Notes: generated from the sequence alone by a model not told the origin. Counted from the whole stretch's first letter, positions 25,115 through 36,750 are shown. The stretch is DNA of 63,613 nucleotides, filler included, from Octopus bimaculoides (GCF_001194135.2; 7 parts of 7 records of this genome joined end to end with filler, not necessarily neighbours in it); one strand, 5' to 3'. Numbers and translations are program-made.

Positions 25115-25541
25115 CAGGGTTGGATTAAAACCCATTGAGGCCCTAAGCACTTAAAAGATTTTGGTGCCCCCATAAAAGATTATGTAATTCAAAATATAAA
25201 CAATAACAAACCATAAAATAAATTTTTATTTTCCAAAATGAAACAAAACAGTAAGAGGGAAAATAATGTTTATTTTTCTATACTTCCACTTTATTTATAT
25301 TTGAAAAGTTTCCTCCTAGTTTTTGAATTGCAAAGTCTTTGATCAGATCCTCAAAATTAATCATAGGTAACACATCTACATCTATACTTAATAGAGATAA
25401 AAGTATCCTGAATATTATTTTAGCAAGTTTAAAGTGATTTCTTTTGTGCCGTAAACCATTTACCATTTCTGTGGTGCCCCCCTCCTTCCCCTTGATGCCC
25501 TTAGCACATGCTTATTTTGCTTCATAGTTAACCCAGCACTG
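25115..25541 (-). mobile_element. Non-autonomous hAT element retaining the transposase C-terminal dimerisation segment
   Basis: TIRs cagggttggattaa / ttaacccagcactg; 8-bp TSD cttccaat / cttccagt; peptide LLSLLSIDVDVLPMINFEDLIKDFAIQK. Confidence 0.8.
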
Positions 25542-25618
25542 CTTCCAGTAGAGGTGGACTTAGGAAAGGAAAGCAGAATAGTTATTGGCAAACTACAGAG
25601 TGTTTGTGTGTATGTAGT

Positions 25619-25810
25619 GGAGATGCGTGGCTTAGTGGTTAGGGTGTTGGACTCGTGATTGTAAGATTGTGGTTTCAATTCCTGGACCGGACAGTGCGTT
25701 GTGTTCTTGAGCAAAACATTTCATGTTGCTCCAGTCCACTCAACTGGCAAAAATGGGTAATCCTGCAACAGATTGGTGTCACATCCAGGCAGGAAATATA
25801 TATGCCACTG
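25619..25810 (+). mobile_element. tRNA-derived SINE family C (other copies ~27648-27870 and ~57795-57895)
   Basis: tggcttagtggttagggtgttggactc...gtttcaattcctggaccgg head shared by three loci. Confidence 0.75.
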
Positions 25811-26680
25811 AAACTGGCATAGGCCACAGTTACAGTCTCACTTGGCTTGCAAAGTCTTCTCAAGCACAGCATATTTCCAAAGGTCTCAGTCACTTGTTAT
25901 CGTCTCGACGAGGCCCAATGTACGAAGGTCGTGCTTCACCACCTCATCCCAGGTCTTCCTGGGTCTACCTCTTCCACAAGTTCCCTCTACTGCAAGGGTG
26001 TGACACTTTTTCACACAGCTGTCCTCATCAATACACAACACATAACCATACCAGTGCAGTCATCTCTCTTGCACATCACATCCGATGCTTCATATGTCCA
26101 ACTTTTTTCTCAGGGCACTTACACTCTGTCGTGTATGCATACTGACATTACACATCCAGTGAAGCATACTAGTATCATTCCTTGCAGGCTTACGCATGTC
26201 ATCAGCAGTTGGCCCATGTTTCACTGCCATGTAGCATAGCTGTTCGCACACATGCGTCATACAGTCTACCTTTTACTTTGAGAGAGAGGCCCTTTGTCAC
26301 CAGCAGAGGTAGGAGCTCTCTGAACTTTGCCTAGTCTATTCTAATTCTAGTAGCTACACTCTCAGAGCAACCACTACTGACTTGGTCACCTAGGTAATGG
26401 AAGCTATCAACTACTTCTAGTTTCTTTCCCTGGCATGTATGTGACGGAAGCCGTTTTCTGCACATGTTCAGTGTTTACTGCCCCTGAGCATTTGCCACAC
26501 ACACAAAAACTATCTTCCTAGTTAGCCTTCCTTTGACATTGCTGCACCTCTTATGTGTCCATAGCTTACAACCAGGTACATCATATGGAGTTTCTATGTA
26601 TGCCTTTTCTACAGATTGAGCAGGGCCATCTATCTATTTGTGGTTTGTCTGCCTTCCTACTTATTAAGACTTTGGCTTAT
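25810..26680 (-). mobile_element. RTE LINE 3' fragment
   Basis: Reverse-complement homologue of ~7390-8250. Confidence 0.85.
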
Positions 26681-26711
26681 ATATATATATGTGAGTGTGT
26701 GTATGTATATA

Positions 26712-26776
<65 letters not shown>

Positions 26777-26876
26777 NNNNNNNNNNNNNNNNNNNNNNNN
26801 NNNNNNNNNNNNNNNNNNNNTTAATTAATTAANNNNNNNNNNNNNNNNNNNNNNNNNNNNNNNNNNNNNNNNNNNN
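26777..26876. other. Scaffold gap with artificial TTAATTAATTAA spacer (also ~9000, ~35801, ~50361, ~58140, ~60811)
   Basis: The same 12-mer sits in the middle of equal-sized N runs. Confidence 0.9.
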
Positions 26877-26954
26877 AAACATATATATACATATATATAC
26901 ATATATATGTATGTACGTATATATATATATATGTATATATATGTATATGTGTAG

Positions 26955-26992
<38 letters not shown>

Positions 26993-27069
26993 TTGTGTGT
27001 GTGTGTATGTACATGTATATATATGCATGTATATATGTTTATATGTATATATGTATGTATGTATATGTG

Positions 27070-27123
<54 letters not shown>

Positions 27124-27989
27124 TGCCTCCGATTTCCCGGAACCCTTCATTCCATACTGCTTCCTGTTTATAATATTCTCCGGCGCAAAAGAGGCCACAT
27201 AATTACTCGATACACACCTGAGTAACTAAATAGAAACTCATACCCACATTTCTAGTGAATCATGCATGCTAGAAATTTCAATTAATTAAATATTGATTAT
27301 TGTAACATGTTTATTGATACACAGCGAAACAGGATTATTAAGCAATTAAATAGCTGTAATAAATATATATAATTACGTGTGGATTAACCCGTTTAATGAA
27401 ATAAAACAGATCTTGTAAGCTAATCATAAAAGTTCCAAAATTAGACTGTGAGCAATAGGGATTAATGTGTTTTGTAAGGAGGGAGTCTTCATTGATTTGT
27501 CAAGTAGCAGGGGAGATAAACAGAGTATTTGAGGTTGATATTATTTGTGCTCAGGATTTTTATTTGTAAGTTTAGATTTAGTATTTAGTATTTCAACGCA
27601 CATCATTCATGGCGCACTTATTAAACATTTCATTCAGATAAAGTTTGTGGAGTCGCGGGGCTTAGTGATTAGGGTGTTGCATTCATGATCGAAAGCTTGG
27701 GATTCCGATTCCTGGACCGAGCGATGCTTTGTAATCATGAGTAAAGCACTTTATTTCGTGTTGCTTCAGCCTACTCAGATGGCAAAAATGCGTAATCCTG
27801 CGATAGACCGACCTCCCATCCAAAGTGGAATATATACGTTTTAGAAACCTGGAAACTAGCTCTATAAAACTCGGGAGAGAGCTTCAACGTTTTATCTATC
27901 AGATAATGCTGCTTCATATACTTAGATTGTTCCTTACATAATGTTTTATTTCATGCATCAAATATGAGACATATAAATCAAGCTAAATC

Positions 27990-28990
27990 AGACATTGGCA
28001 GATTAAGTAAAAGAACTGTAAATAAGAATTACCTGCTTTGAGCTGCTGGTCAAATTCACAATATCTATATTACTGACTGTTGCAAGAAAACCTTTTGCTA
28101 ACTGGATATTTATAATAATTATCATAGGTTTTATATCACTCAAACCTCAAGACATAGAATATGCCAGCAGTATCATAAGAATTGACAGAAGACAGAAATT
28201 GTTCTCCAAACTGAAAAAACGTAACCCTATTCGACTAATGATTTGCGATAAAAAATTTCCTACTCTTCTTTGGATGTAAACATTGATGCAAGTGACTCAA
28301 ACTGAAATCACTGATTTAATCAGGCGTTATATAGTCAACCACATATTGCTCATAATTACTGGGATCTTATATCGAGACGATGGTCTGTTAGAAAAAAAAT
28401 ACTCTAACACCTATAGTATCAATAGTATTATGAAAGATGTGCAAGTATTTTTAAAGGCCTAAGATTTAGCATAAAATTAAACACCTAAGTGAAAATTATC
28501 AATGGCATATATGTAAATTTAAATCTTAGTAAGGGTCGTCTTTATCCCTTCAAAGATGAACCATAGAAACACTCTGCTATGCTAATAGACTCCCTAACCA
28601 AATTATGTCTCTCGAAATCTAATAACAAATATATCTATTTCACTTTTCAGCTTATGTAACAATTCTCAACGACCACGGCCCATATTGAAATGAAGCCTTG
28701 AAGTGGAGCAATTTCAGTGCTAGAATTGTCCATGCCTCTACTACAAATAGGGCTAAAAAGAATAAAAGATCAAAAACACACAATCATTTCATCCATCACA
28801 GGTTTCTGCCCTAATAGTCGAATTTTCTATTGTCTTATAAGTAAACATTTCTCCTTCCAAGTATAACATTTTAATAGAGATACAATTAAGTTCTCTTATT
28901 ATAGAGCACACATCCTAACGCTATAACTTCATACAAGTTTGCCAAATCAAAACTATGTAATATCAATAATATTTACATTGAAGGCCAAAT
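27990..28990 (+). mobile_element. Highly decayed Penelope-like (Neptune-type) reverse transcriptase remnant
   Basis: Pieced motifs: LDVNIDASDS/EITDLIRRYI (cf. FDVTMGSYDGAEVCELVGLYI), ILYRDDGL at ~28365-28390, and LISKHF...FNRDTIKFSY at ~28835-28900. Confidence 0.7.
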
Positions 28991-29389
28991 AATTAGATGT
29001 TGGGTTCATAATACCTCCTATCGAATAAATTCTAGATATTTAGATAAAAGAATAGTTTATAGTTGTTCGGTAGGAAATCCAACTAAGAATAAGGTATAAA
29101 TTGACCTCGCTCAGTATTAAAAGTATTAATACTGACCTCGCTCAGTATTAAGGCTCAGTATTAAAACAATAAACAATTTCATTATTTCAAGAATCTAACC
29201 CGTAAGCTCACAACATTACTCTCGGATACTTATGGCACCCGAAGGACAAGACAGAATACGAGTTGAAATGATGTATCATTGTTATAGTGAAAACATGCTG
29301 GATGACAATGGATTCACTTATCTCTACATCGAGGATCTGCCGAGTTATTTACTTCAGAAAAATCTTAGATACGATGACTGAAAGGATCA

Positions 29390-29540
29390 CAATATATTGC
29401 TCATAATTACCGGGGGCTTACGTCGAGACGATGGTCTGTTAGAAAAAAATACTCTAACACCTGTAGTATAAATAGTATTATGAAAGATATGCAAGTATTT
29501 TTAAAGGTCTAACATTTAGTATAAGATTAAACACCCAGGT
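29390..29540 (+). repeat. Diverged duplicate of 28340-28490 (includes a copy of the RT YRDD motif)
   Basis: atattgctcataattac..gagacgatggtctgttagaaaaaaa..tactctaacacc..ttaaacacc occurs twice. Confidence 0.85.
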
Positions 29541-29941
29541 ATCAACTCATCAGAAAATCATTTGATTTTCGAACTGGTACTGTTTCCAACATTTTAGGTG
29601 TTAGCGAGAGTGGACTATACAACATTAACTTCAATATTATCCACTCGCGAAATATTTTTTATAATCTGCTCTCCTAGAATTTACTCGTAATTTATCAATT
29701 CCTAAAACTTATTCTATAAATAAACTTCGTTAGGTTTCCTTTACTTGTTGACCCCTTTGTATATTTTTCGGTCAACCTCTTCTCTGCATTTTACTTATAA
29801 TAAGTCAATTATTTATGAAGATTACTTTATAATTTTTTTATTATTGTATAGATCCTTTACTTTATCGATTTCCAAGTAAATTAATTCAATGAACATTGAT
29901 TAACTTATTAGTTAAAAAATAATTTAGAATGCATACTTTTT

Positions 29942-30341
29942 TACTCTTTTACTTGTTTCAGTCATTTGACTGCGGCCATGCTGGAGCACCGCCTTTAGTC
30001 GAGAAAATCGACCCCAGGACTTATTCTTCGTAAGCCTAGTATTTATTCTATCGGTCTCTTTTTGCCGAACCGCTAAGTTACGGGGACGTAGTCACACCAG
30101 CATCGGTTGTCAAGCGATGGTGAGGAGACAAACACAGACACACAAACACACACACACATATATATAGACATACATACGACGGGCTTCTTTCAGTTTCCGT
30201 CTACCAAATCTACTCACAAGGCTTTGGTCGGCCCGAGGCTATAGTAGAAGACAATAGCCCAAAATGCCATGCAGTGGGACTGAATCCGGAACCGTGTGGT
30301 TGGTAGGCAAGCTACTTACCACACAGCCACTCCTGCGCCTG
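29942..30341 (-). mobile_element. SINE family A, young copy
   Basis: Reverse complement of 3131-3527. Confidence 0.9.
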
Positions 30342-30627
30342 TGAAGAAAAATTCATCAATGTTAGTTCATTATTGATATTAGGTGTTAGCATCAATTTGT
30401 CTTCTAACCGATTGTTGAGATGAGTCATCTTATATTTAATTTCATGAGCTCACATACTCAGGTATACATAGCCGTGAATACAATGATTTTATTACTTGTA
30501 TTATTTAATTTTATAATTCAATGAATTTCTGAGTGAGTGAATGAGTTCATGTAATTAGATCAATCGAGCATGACATTTACCGAAACAATTCGATAACAGT
30601 TTCAGTTTTTCAATAAATCAGTTGCTA

Positions 30628-30687
30628 TGTAACAAAACTGTCCGATGAACGGGAACGTGAAACTCCGAGTAACAGTCTTTTGTTATA
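30628..30687 (+). ncRNA. Type I hammerhead ribozyme motif with variant core (CCGAUGA)
   Basis: Stem I ACUGU/ACAGU extended by aacaaaa/uuuuguu; CCGAUGA; stem II ACG(GGAA)CGU; GAAA; C(UCCGA)G; GUA triplet. Confidence 0.65.
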
Positions 30688-30708
30688 TTTCTGCTGCTTT
30701 TAGATAAA

Positions 30709-30756
<48 letters not shown>

Positions 30757-30803
30757 TAGACTTTCTTACAACTATTAAAATGTCTAATTGATACACACTG
30801 CTG

Positions 30804-30903
30804 TTTATATCCTTCCTGACGAGACTGATGCGTTGCTCCACATTATTCATCCTGTCGAATTTATTTTGAATGCATCCGTTGAAACATAAGCCGATGGTAT
30901 AAA
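30804..30903 (+). ncRNA. Type I hammerhead motif with long stem II; cleavage triplet mutated (GCC)
   Basis: uuuauauccuuc-CUGACGA-GAC.GAUGCGUU...AAUGCAUC.GUU-GAAA-C(AUAA)G-CC-gaugguauaaa. Confidence 0.6.
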
Positions 30904-31020
30904 GATATCAATGATTTAATAACAACTTGAGCGTTTGTCTCCATTTTCAGTTTTTCCTATGTATATATTTATATGTGTGTGTGCGCGCGCAGTGCGTGTG
31001 TTTGTGTGTGTGTGTGAATA

Positions 31021-32305
31021 CGAGGGGTACCCAAAAGAAACCGGAATTTTGCATTATTTTATTCACTTAGTTTTACGTGTTTACATTTTCATCGCCTTTT
31101 AAGTATTTTCCATTTGAAGCAATGCATCAGTCCAGGTGCCTTTTCCACTTTTCGAAGTAGTACTAGAATTCTTGCGAAGTGATGCCTTTTAACGCCTCTG
31201 TCGTTCTTTCTTCACATCTTCCACATCTGCAAAACGTTTTCCTTTTGGTACTTTTTTCATTCGAATGAATAGGAAAAAGTCGCAGGGAGAAAGATTGGGC
31301 GAATAGGGATGGTGGGTAAGTGGAGTCAAGCCATTTTCGGAAAAACTGTCTCACACTCAAGGCGGTGTGCGCATGCACATTGTTGTAATGATAACACCAG
31401 TCTCCATTTTCCCACAGGTCGGGCGTTTTCGTTTCACTGCGCTTCGCAAACTCTTCAGAATTGCCAAATAAAATGTCTGGTTAGCAGTTTGACCAGGAAG
31501 AACAAATATTGTGTGGACAATTACTATCGCATCGATGAAACAATTCAGCATCGTCTTCACACTGGACTTCGCTTGACATGATTTTTTTAGGTGTGGTGAC
31601 ACTGAATGCTCCCATTGACTTGATTCGTTTTTGGGTTGTAGCCATAGCACCAGCTTTCGTTAGTAGTGATAACCTTCGGACAAAAGTTCGGATCAACTTC
31701 CAACTCTTGTTTCAGTTCACCTCACGCATTCAGACGTGACTAGTTTTGATCTTCCGTGAGCAAGCAAGGTACAAATTTTGCTGCAAACTCGTTTCATTCG
31801 CAATTACTCGCTCAAGATTCGATGGCAAGAGATCCAGTCATATCAACAAGTTCGTCAACTGTCCTCCAAGATCAGTTGATGAATATTCGTGATGTTTTCA
31901 TTCGTTCGGGATGTCGTCGGTCGCCCTGAACGAGATTAGTCTTCAAGCGACAAGTGACCATTCCTAAAGCGTAAAACCACTCGTAAATTCGTGTTTTACT
32001 CGTGTAAAAACATCCTTGGAAACTATTTGAAGCATGACAACTGTTTTGGCCGCTGTTTTCTCAAGCAGAATACAATTTCAAAGAAGAAAGTTGTTCCTTC
32101 GTTTCAGCCATCATAAAAATCGACGAATAGGTGAAAACCACTGCAAAACAAAGACGCACCACGTGGCAGTACAACCACACTCCACGACGCCGGGAGGTAG
32201 ACTGATGCCTGAGGGTCGCATCAAGTGGCTTCTAGCGGCGGAAGCCTGATCTACAAAGGGCTTGTCGCACAGAGAACGTTTCCGGCTGCTTTTGGGCACC
32301 CCTCG
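31021..32305 (-). mobile_element. Full-length (~1.29 kb) mariner (DD34D-type) element with a pseudogenised transposase
   Basis: TA-flanked TIRs cgaggggtacccaaaagaaaccggaa / ttccggctgcttttgggcacccctcg. AHTALSVRQF, ALKGITSQEF and SPHLKK.CQAKSSVKTML motifs, with frameshifts. Confidence 0.92.
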
Positions 32306-32338
<33 letters not shown>

Positions 32339-32562
32339 GTGGAATAAAATCCAAACTTACAGAGAAAAAATTCAATTTAGCAAAACTAAATCAAATTTCC
32401 AAATGCAGAATATATGTATATAATTTAGACGAAAACCACTATTAAATAATTCAGTAATGAAGAATATAATTCATACCCTCCAGAAAATAAATATATCATA
32501 AACATCTTATTCTAAAAATACAATAAAGTACATAAAAAATAACTATTAAATGGTATAAGAAT

Positions 32563-32690
32563 GACTACGCACGTTTCGTGGCTATATTTTCAAACAGATA
32601 ACTAATAAAACCAATTCGATTCTTAATTCTATTAATAATCAAATTTATCTATAATTAAATCTATTCAAAAATATAGCCACTCGTCAGGTC
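32563..32690 (-). ncRNA. Intact type I hammerhead ribozyme motif
   Basis: GAC-CUGACGA-[22-bp stem II GUGGCUAUAUUUUUGAAUAGAU / AUCUGUUUGAAAAUAUAGCCAC]-GAAA-CGUGCG-UA-GUC. Confidence 0.85.
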
Positions 32691-32704
32691 TAAAATAAAA
32701 TGAT

Positions 32705-32773
<69 letters not shown>

Positions 32774-33359
32774 CCAATTTATGTATTGTCACTTACAATA
32801 AATATCAAATAAATATATAAAAAATACTTGTTTTAACAATAAATAAACAAATGATCAAAAAACATTTAACAATATTTCTTAAATTAAAATTGTAACTTAT
32901 CTTTTCGAAGAATTGCAGTTAAACTAAATTTAAACGTAATACGTAGAACTTAGCGTTTATAAGAAATATATCGCGTGAAAATACGGAAAAAATATGGAAT
33001 AATGAGATAGAAATATGTATTTAAACCGTTAAGATGATATAATGTATTTTAGATGTGAGAATAAGAAAAAAAATTAATTGTAGTATATCATTTACTTGAA
33101 AATTGTAAAGTGTAAATAACTTATATCTAAAATTCGTAAAATACGTTATATATAATAATATCCATAAATGAAGCTAAATTACATTAATGTAATCTATTTT
33201 CATTAATTTGTTTATTTAATTATTCATTTTATAAACAACATAGTTTAATCTTATTCTAAATATGTAATATATTCATTATAATCTCGTGCTACTTTATACA
33301 CATTCTACTACTACAAATCATAACTACAACAATTAGTAGGGTTTATATAAATACATAAT

Positions 33360-33707
33360 TTAGCTAAACTTATTATATAAGAAATTTAACTTATGTCTGC
33401 ATTTAATTTTTCGTTCATCTTGGGAATTAATCAATTTTTTATTATCAGCTAATAATATCTCCTTAAATTTATTAGTATATAATAAACAAAAAGCACAACC
33501 AATTCGATGAGATTTAGCCTTACAAACTATCTCCCGATGTAAATTGTACATAATATTTTTAGATTTTAGTTCCCATATATATTTACTAAGGCCAGTAGAA
33601 TTAATTAAATTTCTATTCTTAAAAGAATTCATATGTTGAGCCACATGTAATTTAATTTTGTTAGAAGTCGACCCTATGTAAATAGCATTTAAATTATAAC
33701 CATTCAT
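33360..33707 (-). pseudogene. GIY-YIG endonuclease C-terminal half of a Penelope-like element (Neptune-type)
   Basis: IYIGSTSN..H..SFKNRNLINSTGLSKYIWELKSKNI.Y...IVCKA...C.FCL....ILLAD...LINSQDE...KCRHK. The catalytic Arg position appears as His (KLH). Confidence 0.85.
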
Positions 33708-33924
33708 ATTATTTCAAACATAGTACTCAACGCATGATAATAATGTAGAGAATTTACGTTTGTTTTACTTTTTAAAATTTTGGAGACAATACAACTGTTG
33801 TTTCGACCTGTTGTAGTTCACTGAAGCCACTTGTATATGAATAAATTGTGAATATGTTTATATACATAGGTTACATAAACATTCATTTAGCTTCGCTGCT
33901 CAAGCATGTGTTAACATAAAGGAC

Positions 33925-34810
33925 CTCTGCTCAAAATGATGGAAATTTTGATACAGAAATACAGCTGCGAATTCAAAGGGCAGCAAAAGCATTTGGTGGC
34001 TTGGAGTCACGCGTTTGGTGCCAACAACATATAAATAAGAATATAAAGCTGGCTCTTTACAAATCATTTCTCTTACCATCCCTGTTATATTCCTGTGAAA
34101 CTTGGACTTGTTATGAAAGGCATTTTAAACTGTTAGAACAATTCCACCAAAAATGCCTTCATCGCGTTTAAAAAATTAAATGGAGTTCTTTTACTCCAAA
34201 CACAAATGTCCTTGTATCTGAAAGCATCACCTCAATTAAATCTATGATTTTATGGAACCAATTGAGATGGTGTGTCTGGAATGGTTCCAGATGATATAGA
34301 AACCCTTGCATCGGATCGAGTTGGATGGCGAACAAAGGTATGGAGTGGAGCAAAAGCATTTGAAGAAGCCAGGATAAGGCAAGTAAGACTCAGAAGAGAT
34401 CTAAGGAAGAATGTAACGATCGAGGTGAATGACAATGACCTTTTTGTGAGCACAGTCTGTGACAGAAATTGCCTGTCTTTGGTTGGCCTCAAATCTCATC
34501 TGCGAACGCATGGAAAACGAACCTCAACCAACTATTCTGACTATATGTCTTTGCACACCTTTGAATACAGTGTATGCCAGAAGGTTTGCAAATCCAACAG
34601 AGGCCTCAAAGGACATTTTAAGATCCACAAAGAACAGAACTTATCTGCAGATCTTGGTGGTCCAAATCAGAGGTGCAATCTATGTGTGTGTCTTTTCAGA
34701 ACGATGTCTGGTTTAAAAAGCCACATTAGACTCCATGATTGTGCTAAGGTGTAGGTACAGGAGGTGGTCAAACTCTGTATAAGGAGTAGACAACCACCTT
34801 ATATGTATAT
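33925..34810 (+). mobile_element. RTE/BovB-type LINE 3' fragment ending in three C2H2-like zinc fingers
   Basis: EIQLRIQRAAKAFGGL..VW, LLYSCETWT, EQFHQKCL, NQLRW, then ETLASDRVGWR..AFEEAR and three Cx2Cx12Hx3H-type motifs. Confidence 0.85.
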
Positions 34811-34914
34811 ACAGGTATGTCATATTTTCCGTTGTCTTTTTATTTAATTCTGAAATATACCTTAATCAGAAGAAGCTTACACTGTCGTCGAGGGATCCAG
34901 TGCTGACTCGCAAA

Positions 34915-35352
34915 GGCGTGACTGAGTGGTAAGAAGTTCACATCCGGGTTCAGTCCTACTGCGTGACGTATACTAGGAAACATGGGGCCCACAAACGCTT
35001 TGTCAGAGGATTTGGTAAAAGGTAACTGAAAAAAGCAAGTCGAATGTTTGTGTGTGTGTATGTGTGCGTGTGTGTGTGTATGTGCGAGCGCGGGTGCCTG
35101 TATGTGCGTGTGTGAGTGCGTCTATGTTTGTGTACTTTTGCGCTTCTATTTGTCCACTACCACCAACATTCGGCAACCGGTGTTGGTTTGTTTATGCCTC
35201 ATAACTTAGCGGTTCGGCAAAACGCGAGTCGAAGGAATAAGTACCAGGTTTTAAAAACATATAATTACTGGAATCGATTTGTTCGACTAAACTCTTTAAG
35301 GCTGTACCCCAGTAAGGTTGCAATCTAATGCCTGAAACAAGTAAAAAGATAA
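34915..35352 (+). mobile_element. SINE family A, diverged
   Basis: Homology to family A. Confidence 0.7.
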
Positions 35353-35410
35353 AACATAGAAACATATACACATTCATACACATACAAACACATGTGTGTA
35401 TGTATATATA

Positions 35411-35436
35411 GATGTATATATAAAAATGAGAACGTG

Positions 35437-35475
<39 letters not shown>

Positions 35476-35755
35476 GTGAATCCCTAAAACTCGATAACTA
35501 CGCAACCAATTTCATTCAAATTTTACACATGCCTTACTTATGGTTCCAGTTGTGTTTTAGTCCAAAAAAATTATTAACTTCTTGCAGAGTTCGAGCACAC
35601 GGCAACATAATATCTCCTCCACTATTTAAGTATTACGTGTCAAAAGTGAAACAAAAACACTCATGTCAAATACTTTCACTTTAAAAATGAAACTATTCCA
35701 CTAACTGAAACAATCACATTTCGATACTGTAATGACAGATACTTTCACAGAGAGA
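35411..35755 (+). mobile_element. Helitron-like non-autonomous element, 5' part with (GTCT)n
   Basis: tatatataaaaatgagaacg start, (tctg)n, then ctacgcaaccaatttcattcaaattttacac; resembles GTCY-repeat Helitron derivatives. Truncated by a gap. Confidence 0.55.
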
Positions 35756-35855
35756 NNNNNNNNNNNNNNNNNNNNNNNNNNNNNNNNNNNNNNNNNNNNT
35801 TAATTAATTAANNNNNNNNNNNNNNNNNNNNNNNNNNNNNNNNNNNNNNNNNNNN

Positions 35856-35900
<45 letters not shown>

Positions 35901-36714
35901 ATATTAATACTGCCCTATTTTTGTAAACGTGCTAGTCTTTTCGGAGGTTTATCGTTTGGCTTTATTCTTATTTTTTTTTATATTTATTTTTTTATATAAT
36001 TATTTTTATCGGGTTTTGTAGTCTCGAATTTGTGACTTGGTGCTTTTTATTCCTTTCAATATGTGGGAGTGAAGCAATTTACGCACACATACATAAATAT
36101 GAAATAAACGGAGATCGTTAGCAGCTCAAATTTTGACCTAGGGAATTTGTCCTATAACACCGTTTTCGGCTTCCCTAGTATTAATAGTAGTTCGTGAGTA
36201 TTATATTATGTTAAATATATGCTAAAACATGTTAAAAGCAAAAATTTTTTTCGAATCACTGGAGATTATAGGCTGAATGGTTTAAATCATAACAAATAAA
36301 TATAGATCCATTAAATCTATATTTACATATTCTTAATATATCTTTTTCGTATCTTACGCTAGTCAAAAAAGGTTACAGCTGTACTTTTGCCACCTCCATC
36401 GTGTGGACATTTATAAGTGTAAGCGTGAATATAAATATATGTGTGATAAGTAAATGGTGATTTATTTTCAAATAGATTTGATTCTTTAGTACCATTTTAA
36501 CATTCAATACTAGCTAAATTTTAAACGATAAATTTCTAAGCACATGAACTATGTGTCCCTTAAAGTAAGTTTGTTTACAATTGAAAATATCTAAACATTG
36601 TCCTCAAATAAGTCTTTCCGCAACTCAAGACTAGAATACACTTATTTTTCCTGAAGTGATCTAACACTATAAAGATTATTGCATCTTTTAAGGTTATAAT
36701 TATTGATGATTCTT

Positions 36715-36750
<36 letters not shown>

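Larger units (their letters stand above)
32340..33790 (-). mobile_element. Penelope-like element 3' portion (GIY-YIG endonuclease, AT-rich 3' UTR, hammerhead-containing pLTR)
   Basis: EN ORF followed on the same strand by the hammerhead; outer boundaries approximate. Confidence 0.8.

Noticed and set aside
27134-27142. Perfect STAT/GAS-like TTCCCGGAA in a small CpG-rich patch
   Set aside because: A single 9-mer with no associated gene start.
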